DNA of 63,124 nucleotides, the filler included, from Chiloscyllium plagiosum (taxonomy: Eukaryota): the NCBI RefSeq assembly GCF_004010195.1. It is 5 parts of one record of this genome, joined end to end, with 100 filler letters (N's around TTAATTAATTAA, not from the genome) between each part and the next. Parts side by side here need not be neighbours in the genome. Positions count along the whole stretch, not along the records: positions 47,740 to 59,307 come from NC_057716.1; positions 59,408 to 63,124 come from NC_057716.1; 3 more parts are not named here. One strand, given 5' to 3'. Under the pieces are notes generated by a model that saw nothing but the letters and a program-made list of their open reading frames with translations, made no database searches and was not told the DNA's origin. How positions within the stretch are numbered: the stretch's first letter is position 1; the number at the start of each line of letters is the position of its first letter. Positions 48,940-61,706 of this stretch are shown here, in pieces. The position numbers were made by a program, and so were the translations under genes.

Positions 48940-49855
48940 GTAGGCACCTTATTAGTAAGTTTGTGGATGATAGAAAGATTGAGAGAGTTGTGGATGTTGA
49001 GGTGGATTACCAGAGGATACAGCAGGATATAGGCAGGCTAGAGACTTGGGTGGAGAAATGGCAGATGGAGGTTAATCCAGACAAATGCAAGCTGTCTTTT
49101 GAAGGTCCAGTCCAGGAGTGAAGTTTACAGTAAATGGCAGAACCCTTATTAGCATCAACGTACAGAGGGATCTAGGTGTACAGGTCCACAGTCACCTGAA
49201 AGTGGCAACACAAGTGGATAAAGGGGTTAGGGTGGTAAAAGGCATGCTCACTTTAATCAGTCAGGGAACAGGATATAAAAACTGGCAAGCCATGCTGCAG
49301 CTGTATAGAATTTCAATTCGACCACATTTGGAATATTGTGTCAGGTTCTGGTCGCCACACTACCAGAAGGATGTGGAGGCTTTGGAGAGGGTACGGAAAC
49401 GGTTTACCAGGATGTTTCCTGGTTTGGAGCATATTAGCTATGAGGAGAGATTGGACATACTTGTTTTGTTTGAACATCAGAGGATGAGGGTGACTGATAG
49501 AAGTTTGAGAGGCCTGGATAGAATTGATGGTGCGGTCCTTTTGCCCAGGGTAGAAATGTCAATTACTCAGGGACAGATTTAAGGTAAAAGGAGATAAGTT
49601 TAAAGGAGATGTGAGAGGCAGGATTTTTACACAGAGGGCGGTGAGTGTCTGGAATGTGCTGCCAAAGGAGGAGGTGGAGCTGGATACAGTAGCAATGTTT
49701 AAGAGGCATTTTGACAGAGACATGAACAGGCGGGGAATGGAGGGATACGGACTGTGGAGGGGCAAAAGGGTTTTAATTTAGAAAGGCATCATGTGTTGGT
49801 GCAGGTTTGATGGGCCGAAGGGCCTGTTCAGGTGCTGTACTGTTCTTTGTCCTTT
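48940..49855 (+). mobile_element. CR1 LINE 3' part
   Basis: ORF 49118-49582; closely resembles 15100-16000. Confidence 0.9.
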
Positions 49856-50541
49856 CTTCACTAACAGTGGGCAGTAAATGCTGGCCAAGCCAATGATGTC
49901 CATGGCCCCTGAGTACATTAAAGAATCCTGAAGCTGTTACGGGAACAAACAGTTTCCAATGGTAACCTGGGAAACCCAGTTCAAGGGAATTGGCAAAGAC
50001 AGCAGACAAAAGCAAGGAAAATCACGGCACTTTGGGAAAACTGAAATCAAAGGAGAATGTTCTTGAAATCCTCACCAGGCCAGGAAGCACATTGAGAGAA
50101 AGAGAGAGAGAGAGAAACAGGTACGATTCCACTTGGTGACATTTAATTGGATCAAGAGAGACGTACAGAAATGGGCCCACAGTGAGTCGGAATGCACAAC
50201 CTGGGTGGGCAGAGGGAGCCGGTTCGACACAAACTTTTAAAGTGGCAATCTGAGCAAGACTGAAAATAGAATGCAAATTGCAAACCGTCAGCGTAACAGC
50301 TGGGGGTGTTAGGGCTAATTGAAGACCTCTTTCAGGCACAGACCCGATGGGCTGAATGGCTTCCGTCTGTGCTGTAGAGGAGCTGCGTTATGCCTTACTA
50401 TGTCTGGGTGTGATAGCCAGCCAAGTGTTCCCAACCTAGGTGAAAGCAGAATTCAGACCACAGCTGAAGACTGGTTAACATGACAGCAAGTGAAGTGTTC
50501 CAGACATTTCACTTCAAAGTTTTGTGAATTTAATATTTCAG

Positions 50542-50700
50542 ATATATTTTGTTCAGGAGTGTCTGGCTCCCAGGAGGAGTACAGTTTCTCTGTAGGTCTG
50601 CCACAGTCTGGAAAAACAGCCAAAAAAACTGCTTACTGTCAAGGCAGAGCGGAAGCACATGTGGAGGGCAGGCAGATCGGGGAGTTAAAGACCACTTCAG
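50542..50700 (+). CDS. Candidate 159-nt internal exon (phase 1-1)
   Basis: atatttcag| acceptor, CAG|GTTTGT donor, open frame IFCSGVSGSQEEYSF...ELKTTS in non-repetitive DNA. Confidence 0.28.
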
Positions 50701-51231
50701 GTTTGTTACAACTCAAACAAAATAAAGTTGGTGGAACAATTACAGGCAGACATTTAAGAATTAAACCGAGGTATTCAGAATGTACTAATAGATTTCACAA
50801 TTGCACAGAACTTGAAAGAAACAGGGAGAGGTCATTCAAGCACTCAGTCTGTCATTCCATAAGATCACAGTCGAATTTCACCTCAACTCGAATTGGTCAG
50901 AATGACTCCTATTGTGGAGAGATGTTTAATAAATATGAAAACAGATACTTAAAATTACACAAGCAAGAATAAAATTAACACAAAGAGTAATTTTGAAGAG
51001 ATAGCAGAGAGAGTGCCATAATACCAACCTGAACACTCCTCACAGCATCGGAAACAGGTGACACTGTTGGAGCTTTCCAATGTAAGATATGTGGCTGCTC
51101 ACAGACACACAGTGAGCTTACACAAACTACACTAAGTTAGTGAGCAGACACAGAGTTTTATAGCAGTGTTGGTTCCTGATACATGTTCACCACAGCAACA
51201 GCCGGAGATCTCGTCTTCAAAAAATACCAAT

Positions 51232-51500
51232 GCACAGTGGTTAGCACTGCTGCCTCACAGCGCCAGAGACCCGGGTTCAATTCCCGCCTCAGGTGACTGT
51301 CTGTGTGGAGCTTGCACATTCTCCCCATGTCTGTGTGGGTTTCCTCCCACAGTCCAACGATGTACAGGTTAGGTGAATTGGCCATGCTAAATTGCCCACA
51401 GTGTTAGGTGAAGGGGTAAATATAGGGGAATGGGTTGCGGGTCTGTGTGGACTTGTTGGGCTGAAGGACCTGTTTCCACACTGTAAGTAATCTAATCTAA
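51232..51500 (+). mobile_element. HE1-type SINE
   Basis: gcacagtggttagcactgctgcctcacagc...gggttcaattcccg. Confidence 0.9.
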
Positions 51501-51562
51501 ACATCATTTGCCACAGCTGATGGGGGGAGACATCTCTGCTTCAGTAAACGTCTTGCCTTTCT

Positions 51563-51808
51563 CCGACAGTGCGGCACTCCCTCAGTACTGACCCTCTGAC
51601 AGTGCGGCACTCCCTCAGTACTGACCCTCTGACAGTGCGGCACTCCCTCAGTACTGACTCTCCAATAGTGTGGCACTCTCTCACCTGTGGCCCTCCCTCA
51701 GAACTGACCCTCTGACAGTGCGGCATTTCCTCAGTGCGGCACTCCCTCAGTACAGACCCTCTGACAGTGTGGCCCTCCCTCAGCACTGACCCTCTGACAG
51801 TGTCACTG
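51563..51808 (-). repeat. 33-bp minisatellite array
   Basis: acagtgcggcactccctcagtactgaccctctg units. Confidence 0.9.
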
Positions 51809-52129
51809 TGATGGTAGTTCAGATGGCCAGGTTTGTAATCTGGGTGACAATCCCATCCTGGGAGATAGTGGAATTTAAATCTGAGGAAATTAGGGATGAG
51901 CAACAATTGCTGACTTTGTCAATGGTATTGACAATCTCTGAATGGGAGCAGGAGCAGACTCGATGGGCTGAATGGCTGCCTTCAGCTCCTATCCCTCCCG
52001 GCCTTATCATGAAGGAGAGAACAGTCGCAGCGGCTGGACGATGATGGAGAGGGGCTGGAGGAGGGTGGAGGAGTCACCGTGTTAAAGCCTGCAGCCAGGG
52101 TGGGAATAACAAGGGGAAACGTTTCCCAC

Positions 52130-52312
52130 ACGGACAGGGACAGGAAAATGGACAGAGACAGGGACAGGAAAAGAGACAGGGACAGAGATAGAGACAGGGA
52201 CAGAGACAGGGACAGGAAAAGGGACAGGTACAGGGATAGAGACAGAGACAGGGACAGGGACAGAGAGCGGGACACGCACAGGGACAGAGACAGAGAAAGG
52301 GACAGAGACAGA
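52130..52312 (+). repeat. (GGGACA/GAGACA)n hexamer repeat
   Basis: Direct inspection. Confidence 0.92.
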
Positions 52313-53499
52313 TGGAAACGCAGAGATGGTGGTGAGATTGGTTGGTTGGAGAGGAGCTGTTTCAGTGCTGACTGGCACAGAAAGCTGGTTGGGGAAGATG
52401 TTGAGACATTGTGGGTGGATTGTATTAGATGGGTACCCACAGAAATACTGAAGATTGATCACAAATCACAGGAGAACGTTTCCAGAGTAACAGTGTTCCT
52501 AATTGTTCTGTTATTCCACCAGCAGAAATGGACGAATTTAATCGGCAGGTGAGGGAGTTACTGAGCTGGAAGAAGACAGAGCGTGGTCTCATGGTAGCTC
52601 CATCACTACATGACCGATTCGAGAGGGTTCAGGTACACGGCGATATTTTAAGGTGAGGATAAAACCTCAACACGCTGACTGAGTGCGCAAACACGTGGGC
52701 AGATGCAGTTTAATGTGGATAAATGTGGGGTTACTTACTGTGGGAGCAAAACAGGAAGGCAGGTTATGATCTGAATGGTTATAAATTGAGAGAGGGGAAT
52801 ATTCATCGAGACCCCCTGGGTATCCTTGTACACCAGTCACTGAAGGTTAGCATTGTAGGTGCAGCAGGGGGTGAGGAAGGGAAATGGGATGCTGGTCTTC
52901 ATAGTGAGAGGGTTCGAGTACAGGAGCAGGGATATCTTGCTGCATTTAGACAGGGNNNNNNNNNNNNNNNNNNNNNNNNNNNNNNNNNNNNNNNNNNNNN
53001 NNNNNNNNNNNNNNNNNNNNNNNNNNNNNNNNNNNNNNNNNNNNNNNNNNNNNNNNNNNNNNNNNNNNNNNNNNNNNNNNNNNNNNNNNNNNNNNNNNNN
53101 NNNNNNNNNNNNNNNNNNNNNNNNNNNNNNNNNNNNNNNNNNNNNNNNNNNNNNNNNNNNNNNNNNNNNNNNNNNNNNNNNNNNNNNNNNNNNNNNNNNN
53201 NNNNNNNNNNNNNNNNNNNNNNNNNNNNNNNNNNNNNNNNNNNNNNNNNNNNNNNNNNNNNNNNNNNNNNNNNNNNNNNNNNNNNNNNNNNNNNNNNNNN
53301 NNNNNNNNNNNNNNNNNNNNNNNNNNNNNNNNNNNNNNNNNNNNNNNNNNNNNNNNNNNNNNNNNNNNNNNNNNNNNNNNNNNNNNNNNNNNNNNNNNNN
53401 NNNNNNNNNNNNNNNNNNNNNNNNNNNNNNNNNNNNNNNNNNNNNNNNNNNNNNNCATTTGCAGAGGACTCATTGTGCAGAGGGGGGTGTCATCATTCA

Positions 53500-53966
53500 G
53501 CTTTACTCTGTATCTAACCCTGTGCTGTCCCTGTCCTGGGAGTGTTTGATGGGGACAGTGTAGAAGGAGCTTTACTCTATATCTAACCCAGTGCTATCCC
53601 TGTCCTGGGAGTGTTTGATGGGGACAGTGTAGAGGGAGCTTTACTCTGTATCTAACCCAGTGCTGTCCCTGTCCTGGGAGTGTTTGATTTGGACAGTGTA
53701 GAGGGAGCTTTACTCTGTATCTAACCCCGTGCTGTCCCTGTCCTGGGAGTGTTTGATGGGGACAGTGTTGAGGCAGCTTTACTCTGTATCTAACCCCGTG
53801 CTGTCCCTGTCCTGGGAGTGTTTGATGGGGACAGTGTAGAGGGAGGTTTACTCTGTATCGAACCCCGTGCTGTCCCTGTCCTGGGAGTGTTTGATGGGGG
53901 ACAGTGTAGAGAGAGCTTTACTCTGTATCTAACCCCGTGCTGTCCCTGTCCTGGGAGTGTTTTATA
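53500..53966 (+). repeat. 69-bp minisatellite (~6.8 copies)
   Basis: gctttactct recurs at 53500, 53569, 53638... Confidence 0.95.
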
Positions 53967-54699
53967 GGGGTTAGTGCTGACATTGCCTTGTTGTCTCCTT
54001 TGTTGCTATCCTAACTGTCGAGTGGCTGTGTCTCCCAAATTACTCCCCATCTCTGGGTTGGAGAATTTGCTGAGCAGTTTCTGACCAGCCACACTCAATG
54101 CAGTGTGCCTCATTCCCAAGCAGAATATAAGGAGGAAGAATGGGATTCGGAATGTGATGTGACTTGTCAATGCACACATGGCATCAGTTTCACTCTGTTT
54201 TTACTGTCTGACGCACTTACTCTCCAAACTGTGGTAGAAAACTGATTGAGTGATGTCAAGTTGGTTTTGTGTTTATTTGTTTCTTCCCAGTGACTGGCAT
54301 GGGATATATTCTCCTGACACAGTCCTCGGCTTGGATTGTCCTGTGGCTGTTTATTGAAATGAATAATTCTTTTCCAGATGCTGTGTTCTTGCTGTGAGGT
54401 TGACCCGCCATGGGGGGCATCACGATGATGTGTTTCGGAGCTGCCAATTGGATTCCCTCTGCTCAGTGCACCAGGACAGACAGTCCCACTCCTGAAACCA
54501 CTAACCACAAGTTCCCACTGGGAAGAGGGTTTGGGGGAGGGGGTGGGGTGAGGTGTGGGGGCGGGGTGCACTCTCACTGTGAAAGAAGCTTCCTCTCCTG
54601 CAAAGATCCCCACCATGTATGTGTGTGAGAGAGAGAGAGAGAGAGGGAGAGAGAGAGAGAGGAGTCTCAGCTATTTCAATGGAGTGAGACACTCGTCAG

Positions 54700-55720
54700 T
54701 CACAATGCTCGCTGACGCAGTTGCAAACGTTAACCTGCTCAGTGACGCCCAGTTTGGGTTCCCCCAGGGTCACCCAGCTCCTGACCCCATTACAGCCTTG
54801 GGTCAAACATGGACAAAGGAGCTGGATTCCAGAGGGGAGGGGAGAGGGGCAGCCCTTGACATCAAGGCTGCATTCGACCGAGTGTGGCATCACGGAGCCC
54901 TGACTAAACTGGAATCAGTGGGTATCAGGGGGTAAACTCTCTGCTGGTTAGAGTCATACCTGGCACAGAGGAAGATGGTTGTGGTTGTTGGAGGGTCAGT
55001 CATCTCAGCTCCAGGACATCTCTGCAGGAGTCCCTCAGGGGAGTGTCCTAGACCCAACCATCGTCAGCTGCTTCATCAATGACCTTCCCTCCATCAGAAG
55101 GTCAGAAGTGGGGATGGTCCCCGNNNNNNNNNNNNNNNNNNNNNNNNNNNNNNNNNNNNNNNNNNNNNNNTCCCCGATGATTACACAATGTTCAGCACCA
55201 TTCACCACTCCTCAGGTACTGGAGCAGTCCATGTTCAAATGGAACAAGATCTGGACAATATCCAGGCTTGGGCTGACAAGGGGCAAGGAACATTCGTCCC
55301 TCACAGAGGTCAGGCTGTGACCATCAGCGATAAGAGACAATCTAACCATCGCTCCTTGACACTCAATGGTGTTACCATCACTGAATCCCCCCTGTCACCA
55401 TCCTGGGGGTTACCACTGACCAGAAACTCAACTGGACTCACCAAATAAATGCAGTGGTGACAAGAACAGCTCAGAGACTAGGAATACTGAGGCAGTAACT
55501 CCCCTCCTGACTCCCCAAAGCCTGTCCACCATCTATGAGGCACAAGTCCGGAGTGTGATGGAATACTCCCCACTTGCCCTGGATGGGGACAGCTCCAACA
55601 ACATTCAAGAAACTCAACACCATCCAGGACAAAGCAGCCACTTGATTAGCATCACATCCACAAACATCCACTCCTTCTTCTACCCATGCTCAGTAGCAAC
55701 AGAGCGTACTATCTACAAGA
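54700..55720 (+). mobile_element. Second CR1-clade LINE family, RT region
   Basis: NLLSDAQFGF..ALDIKAAFDRVWH..AGVPQGSVL..MEYSPLA. Confidence 0.88.
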
Positions 55721-55769
55721 CATACCCCAACTTCAAAAGAGTCAGGGAGTAGAGGTAAGTGAGCCATCA

Positions 55770-56432
55770 CTAAGGAGAAGGTGCTGGGAAAGCTGAAAGG
55801 TCTAAAGGTGGATAAATCGCCCTGACCAAACGGACTACACCCCAGGATTCTGAAGGAGAGAGCTGAGGAGATTGTAGAGGTATTGGTGGTGATCTTTCAG
55901 GAATCACTGAAATCAGGGAGGGTCCCACATGATTGGAAAGTGACTTATGTAACACCTCTGTGTAAGAAGGGAGGGAGGCAGAAGACAGGAAATTATAGGC
56001 TGGTTAGCCTGACCTCGGTCCTTGGTAAGTTACTAGCGTCCATTATTAAGGATGAGATTATGGAGCACTTGGAAGTTCCTGGTAAAATAGGGCAGAGTCA
56101 GAACAGCTTTGTCAAGGATGGCCATGCCTGACAAATCTGTTAGAATGCTTTGAGGAGGTAATGAGCAAGCTAGACAAAGGAGAGCCAGTGGACATGATCT
56201 ATTTGGATTTCCAGAAGGCCTTTGACAGGATGCTGCACAGGGGGTTGTTAAATAAAGTAAGAGCCCATGGTGTTAGTGACAAGGTACTGGCCTGGATAGA
56301 GGATTGGCTGACTGGCAGAAGGCAGAGAGTGGGGATAAAGGGGTCTTTTTCAGGATGGCAGCTGGTGATGAGTGGAGTTTCACAGGGGTCAGTGTTGGGG
56401 CCACAACTATTCACATTATACACTAACGATCT
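55770..56432 (+). mobile_element. CR1 RT fragment
   Basis: YLDFQKAFDRMLH, SQGSVLGPQLF. Confidence 0.9.
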
Positions 56433-59005
56433 GGGCAAAGTTGAGTTCCTGGAAGCAGTCGGAGAGGTCACAAGGTCACCAGGGAGCTGTGGAGCCTGTT
56501 GGGATATGTGAGCATACTGTTTAAATTTCTTTGTAGTTCTGGTGTTTCTTCAGTTCCTGGATGCAGTTGGAGAGGTCACCTATTAGGGTGGGTGCTTCAC
56601 CCAAAACACTACTCAGGTAGTGTCTGCCAGCCATCCTCCTCCGTGAACCCAATAAATGGTCAGTGCATTGGTTGGTAAAGTGACAAGTGTTTTCTTTTGT
56701 GTTTCATTTTTTCAGGAATCTGTTTGGGAATTTAGAACAGTGGGAATGGAGGTGAGAGCAGTTGAATGTTCCTCCTGCAGAATGTGAGAGGTGAAGGTCA
56801 CCTCTAATGTCCCTGCTGACTTCATTTGTGGGAAATACAACCAGCTCCAGCTCCTCGGAAACCACGTCAGGGAACTGGAGCTGGAGCTGGATGAACTTCG
56901 GATCATTCGGGAGGCAGAGGGGGTTATTGAGAGGAGTTACAGGGAGGTAGTTACTCCACAGCCACATGAAGAAGGTAGATGGGTTACCGTCAGGGGGAGG
57001 AAAGGGAACTGGCAGGCAGTGCAGGGCTCTCCTGTGGTGGCTCCCCTCAACATTAACTATACCGTTTTGGATACTGTTGGGGGGGTGGGGAGCGAATTGA
57101 CTTACCAGGAGTAAGCCATGGGGCACAGGTTTCTGACGCAGACTCTGTTCCTGTTGCTAAGAAGGAAAGGTGGGCGACGAGCACAACAGTAGTCATTGGG
57201 GACTCCAGAGTTGGGGAGACAGATAGGAGGTTCTGTGGGGACGGGAGAGACTCACGGTTGGTGAGTTGCCTCCCAGGTGCCAGGGTCCGTGATGTCTCTG
57301 ATTGTGTTTTCAGGATCCTTGAGGGGGAAGGGGAGCAGTCCCAAGTCATAGTCCACATAGGCACCAAAGCAGTAGGTAGGAATAGAGATGGAGATTTAAG
57401 GCAGAACTTCAGGGAGCTCGGGAGAAGTTTGGAGCTAGAACAAACAGCGTTGTTATCTCTGGTTTGTTGCCCGTCCCATATGCTAGTGAAGCGAGGAACA
57501 GGGAGAACGTGGAGCTGAACCTGTGGCTGCAGAGATGGTGCAGGAGGGAGGGTTTTGGATTCTTGGATAATTGGAGCTTTTTCTGGGGAAGGTGAGACCT
57601 CTACAAACAGGATGGTCTTCACCTGAATCAGAGGGCACCAATATCATAGGGGGGAAGTTTGGGGGGACGGGGGTTTAAACTATTGCAGCAGGGGGATGGG
57701 AACCTGAATTGTAGTTCCAGTGTACAGGCGGTTGAGGCTAGTGAGGTCAGGGATAGGTTTATAAGGTCACGAGAGGGCACCAACAATCAGGATGTTAGTT
57801 TGAAATGGGTGTACTTCAGTGCCAGGAGCATCCGGAATAAGGTGGGTGAACTTGCAGCATGGCTTGGTACCTGGGATTTTGACGTTGTGGCCATGGATAG
57901 GGCAGGGACAGGAATGGTTGTTGCAGATTCCAGGGTTTAGACGTTTCAGTAAGAACAGAGAAGATGGTAAAAGGGGGGGAGGTGCGGCATTGTTAATCAA
58001 GGGTAGTATTATAACAGCTGAGATTGCATGTGAGGACTCTCCACTGAGGTAGCTTGGGCTGAGGTTAGAAACAAGAAAGGAGAGGTCACCCTGTTGAGAG
58101 TTTTCTATAGGCCTCCGAATTGTTCCAGAGATGTAGAGGAAAGGATAGCAAAGTTGATTTTCAGTAGGAGCGAGAGTGACAGGGTAGTTGTTACGGGGGG
58201 CTTTAACTTCGCCAATATTGACTGGGAATATGATAGTTCAAGTAGTTTAGATGGGTCAGTTTTTGTTCAATGTGTGCAGGCGGGTTTTCTGACACAGTAT
58301 GTAGACAGGCCAACAAGGGACGATGTCACATTGGATTTGGTACTGGGGAATGAACCCGGTCAGGTGTTGGATTTGGAGGTAGGTGAACACTATGGCGATA
58401 GCGACCACAACTCGGTTATGTTTACAATAGCAATGGGCAGGGATAGGTATAAACCGCAGGGAAAGAGGTATAGCTGGGGGAAAGGCAATTATGATGCGAT
58501 TAGGCAAGATTTAGGATACATAGGATGGGGAAGGAAACTGCAGGGGATGGTCACACCTGAAATGTGGAGCTTATTCAAGGAACAGCTACTACGTGTCCTT
58601 GATAAGTATGTACCTGTCAGGCAGGGAGGGAGTTGTCGAGAGAGGGAGCCATGGTTTACTAAATCTCTTGTCAAGAGGAAGAAGAAAGCTTATGTTAGGA
58701 TGAGATGTGAAGGCTCAGTTAGGGCGCTTGTGAGTTATAAGTTAGCCAGGAAAGTTCCAAAGAGAGGGCTAAGAAGAACCAGGAGGGGACATATGAAGCT
58801 ATTGGCGGATAGGATCAAGGAAAGAGTAAGATTAGCATCAATCAAAGATAGTAGTGGGACGTTGTGTGTGGAATTTGTGGACATAAGGGAAGTGCTTACT
58901 GAATGCTTTTTGTCAGTATTCACATTGGAAAAGGGCAATATTAGTGACAATACGGAGATACGGGCTACAAGATTAGATGGGATTGAGGTTGACAAAGAGA
59001 AGGTT
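56433..59005 (+). mobile_element. CR1 LINE 5' half: 5'UTR, ORF1 (Zn finger, coiled coil, SGNH esterase; ATG 56746) and ORF2 endonuclease
   Basis: CSSCRM..FICGK, VRELELELDELR, VIGDS, IVHIGT, DGLHLN; FYRPPN, GGFN, TLDLVL, SDHNSV. Confidence 0.92.
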
Positions 59006-59307
59006 AGTGCGGCACTCCCTCAGTACTGACCCTCCGACAGTGCAGCACTCCCTCAGTACTGACCCTCTGACAGTGCGGCACTCCCTCAGTACTGACCCTC
59101 CGACAGTGCAGCACTCCCTCAGTACTGACCCTCTGACAGTGCGGCACTCCCTCAGTACTGACCCTCCGACAGTGCAGCACTCCCTCAGTACTGACCCTCT
59201 GACAGTGCGGCACTCCCTCAGTACTGACCCTCCGACAGTGCAGCACTCCCTCAGTACTGACCCTCTGACAGTGCGGCACTCCCTCAGTACTGACCCTCCG
59301 ACAGTGC
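59006..59307 (-). repeat. 33-bp minisatellite with 66-bp dimeric higher-order structure
   Basis: Strict alternation of ccgacagtgcagcac and ctgacagtgcggcac units. Confidence 0.93.
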
Positions 59308-61706
59308 NNNNNNNNNNNNNNNNNNNNNNNNNNNNNNNNNNNNNNNNNNNNTTAATTAATTAANNNNNNNNNNNNNNNNNNNNNNNNNNNNNNNNNNNNN
59401 NNNNNNNAGATCGATTTAAAGTCTGAATTTCCCATCTGTGAACCCTTTCGCTGTAAAACAAGTTTCTCTCTGTCATTATTGCAGTAAAATTGCAGGAGGA
59501 ATTGAGAACAGTTTCTAACTAACTATATGATTAGTTTCTGCTCAGGATCTGATTTCCCTGCTCTCCAGGTTAACATCAGTCTCTCTCTCGCACACAATGT
59601 CTCCATCCCTTTAAACGACAACAGCAGAGAGGGACAGTGTTCCTTTAAACAGCCAGCCTCTGCACATGCTCCACTGACTCAAATGAGCAGCCTAAACCTT
59701 TAGACACAAAGATACCTACACCGCCCGGCAGTCAAGGCATTGGGGGGACTGCAGGAAAGGATGCAATTACCCGCTGAGGTGTAAACTCACTTGCTCAGTC
59801 ACACAACGGACAGGCCGTCCACCACTCCCATATGCGAGAAGTAATCACTCAGGAAACCAAACTGCAGAGTCACCAGCATGTTTACAAATGACAGCAGTGG
59901 TTCGATGCTGCTGTGATTGCAGCTGTTAATCCCAACCAGCAATGAACCATGCTTGGACGTCAGTTTCCAGTCGAGTTCCCACCATTTTCTGATGTTTATC
60001 AAAATTTACACTTATTTGCTGGAGTCATAATTTAGAAGTTTCCATGCGATACAACAATTGGTTGAGTAGTTGAATACGACGAAGATTGCCAGGGACTGAA
60101 CAGATGTATCAAACAGGTGGAAAGCAAAAGTGATGAATGGGATTGAATGCAGAGTAATGAGTGATAATGAATTTGGGAAGAGGAAACAATAACAGTGAGG
60201 ATTCTGAGTGGTTTAGAAGCACAAAGCGATGTGGGAGTGGACGTTTATAGATCACTGAAGATCGTTGGACAGCAAGGTCAGTTGGTCGAGAGGGCTTTTG
60301 GATATGTTCTGTTGCTGACCATAGGCTGGGGATGATACTACAACTTTAGCAATCGCCAGTTGAGGGAAAATCTAAAGGGCTGAGCACAAGCCTGGTCACT
60401 ACAATAATCAGCATTTTTTAAAACTATAATGTAAAAGATGGAGGGCTGAAGTAGGCCACTTTTCCCATCAGGTCCGCTTCACAAATCAATGCGTTTATCA
60501 CTGATACCTCTCTCCAAGTCATGGTGGAATGTGCCTTGGAGGGTAACTTGCAATTGAAGGGGTTTCAATGCACCTTCCCACCTTGTCTTTGTCGTCGGTA
60601 ACAGCTGTTGAGCTTTGAAGGTTCTGTCAACAGAGCCTGGATGAGTGACACCAGTGCGTTGTGTCAGTGGTGCACTCTGCTGCAATTGTGCCTTAGCGGT
60701 GAAGGGAGTAATTATTGCAGGTACTGTTTAGGGTACAGTTAAGTGACTGCATTGTCTTGAAGGGTGCTCAGTTCCTTAAATGTTATTTAAGCTTCACCCA
60801 TCCAGGCAAATGGATAGAGAGAGAGAGATAGATCTGTTACACATCTGATTTGCGCCTTGCAAACGATGCAGGCTGCACGGATTTAAGAGCTGAGTTAATA
60901 ACCACAAAAATGCCTATCCACTGAGTTGCCTTTGTACCCAAAGTATTTATATAGCTGGTCAAGTTCCGTTTCTCACAGATATTTGTTCACTGNNNNNNNN
61001 NNNNNNNNNNNNNNNNNNNNNNNNNNNNNNNNNNNNNNNNNNNNNNNNNNNNNNNNNNNNNNNNNNNNNNNNNNNNNNNNNNNNNNNNNNNNNNNNNNNN
61101 NNNNNNNNNNNNNNNNNNNNNNNNNNNNNNNNNNNNNNNNNNNNNNNNNNNNNNNNNNNNNNNNNNNNNNNNNNNNNNNNNNNNNNNNNNNNNNNNNNNN
61201 NNNNNNNNNNNNNNNNNNNNNNNNNNNNNNNNNNNNNNNNNNNNNNNNNNNNNNNNNNNNNNNNNNNNNNNNNNNNNNNNNNNNNNNNNNNNNNNNNNNN
61301 NNNNNNNNNNNNNNNNNNNNNNNNNNNNNNNNNNNNNNNNNNNNNNNNNNNNNNNNNNNNNNNNNNNNNNNNNNNNNNNNNNNNNNNNNNNNNNNNNNNN
61401 NNNNNNNNNNNNNNNNNNNNNNNNNNNNNNNNNNNNNNNNNNNNNNNNNNNNNNNNNNNNNNNNNNNNNNNNNNNNNNNNNNNNNNNNNNNNNNNNNNNN
61501 NNNNNNNNNNNNNNNNNNNNNNNNNNNNNNNNNNNNNNNNNNNNNNNNNNNNNNNNNNNNNNNNNNNNNNNNNNNNNNNNNNNNNNNNNNNNNNNNNNNN
61601 NNNNNNNNNNNNNNNNNNNNNNNNNNNNNNNNNNNNNNNNNNNNNNNNNNNNNNNNNNNNNNNNNNNNNNNNNNNNNNNNNNNNNNNNNNNNNNNNNNNN
61701 NNNNNA

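Noticed and set aside
44282..51125. Possible V(D)J recombination signals (ggtttttg at ~44283; cacagtg at ~50177 and ~51108)
   Set aside because: No heptamer-nonamer pair with 12/23 spacing and no Ig/TCR V or J coding motifs
54378..54490. Possible H/ACA snoRNA or SECIS-like element
   Set aside because: Could not establish the two-hairpin H/ACA layout or SECIS core, and it matches no family I recognise
53500..59307. CRISPR-like regular repeats (33-bp and 69-bp arrays)
   Set aside because: Head-to-tail tandem units with no unique spacers, no cas genes, vertebrate DNA
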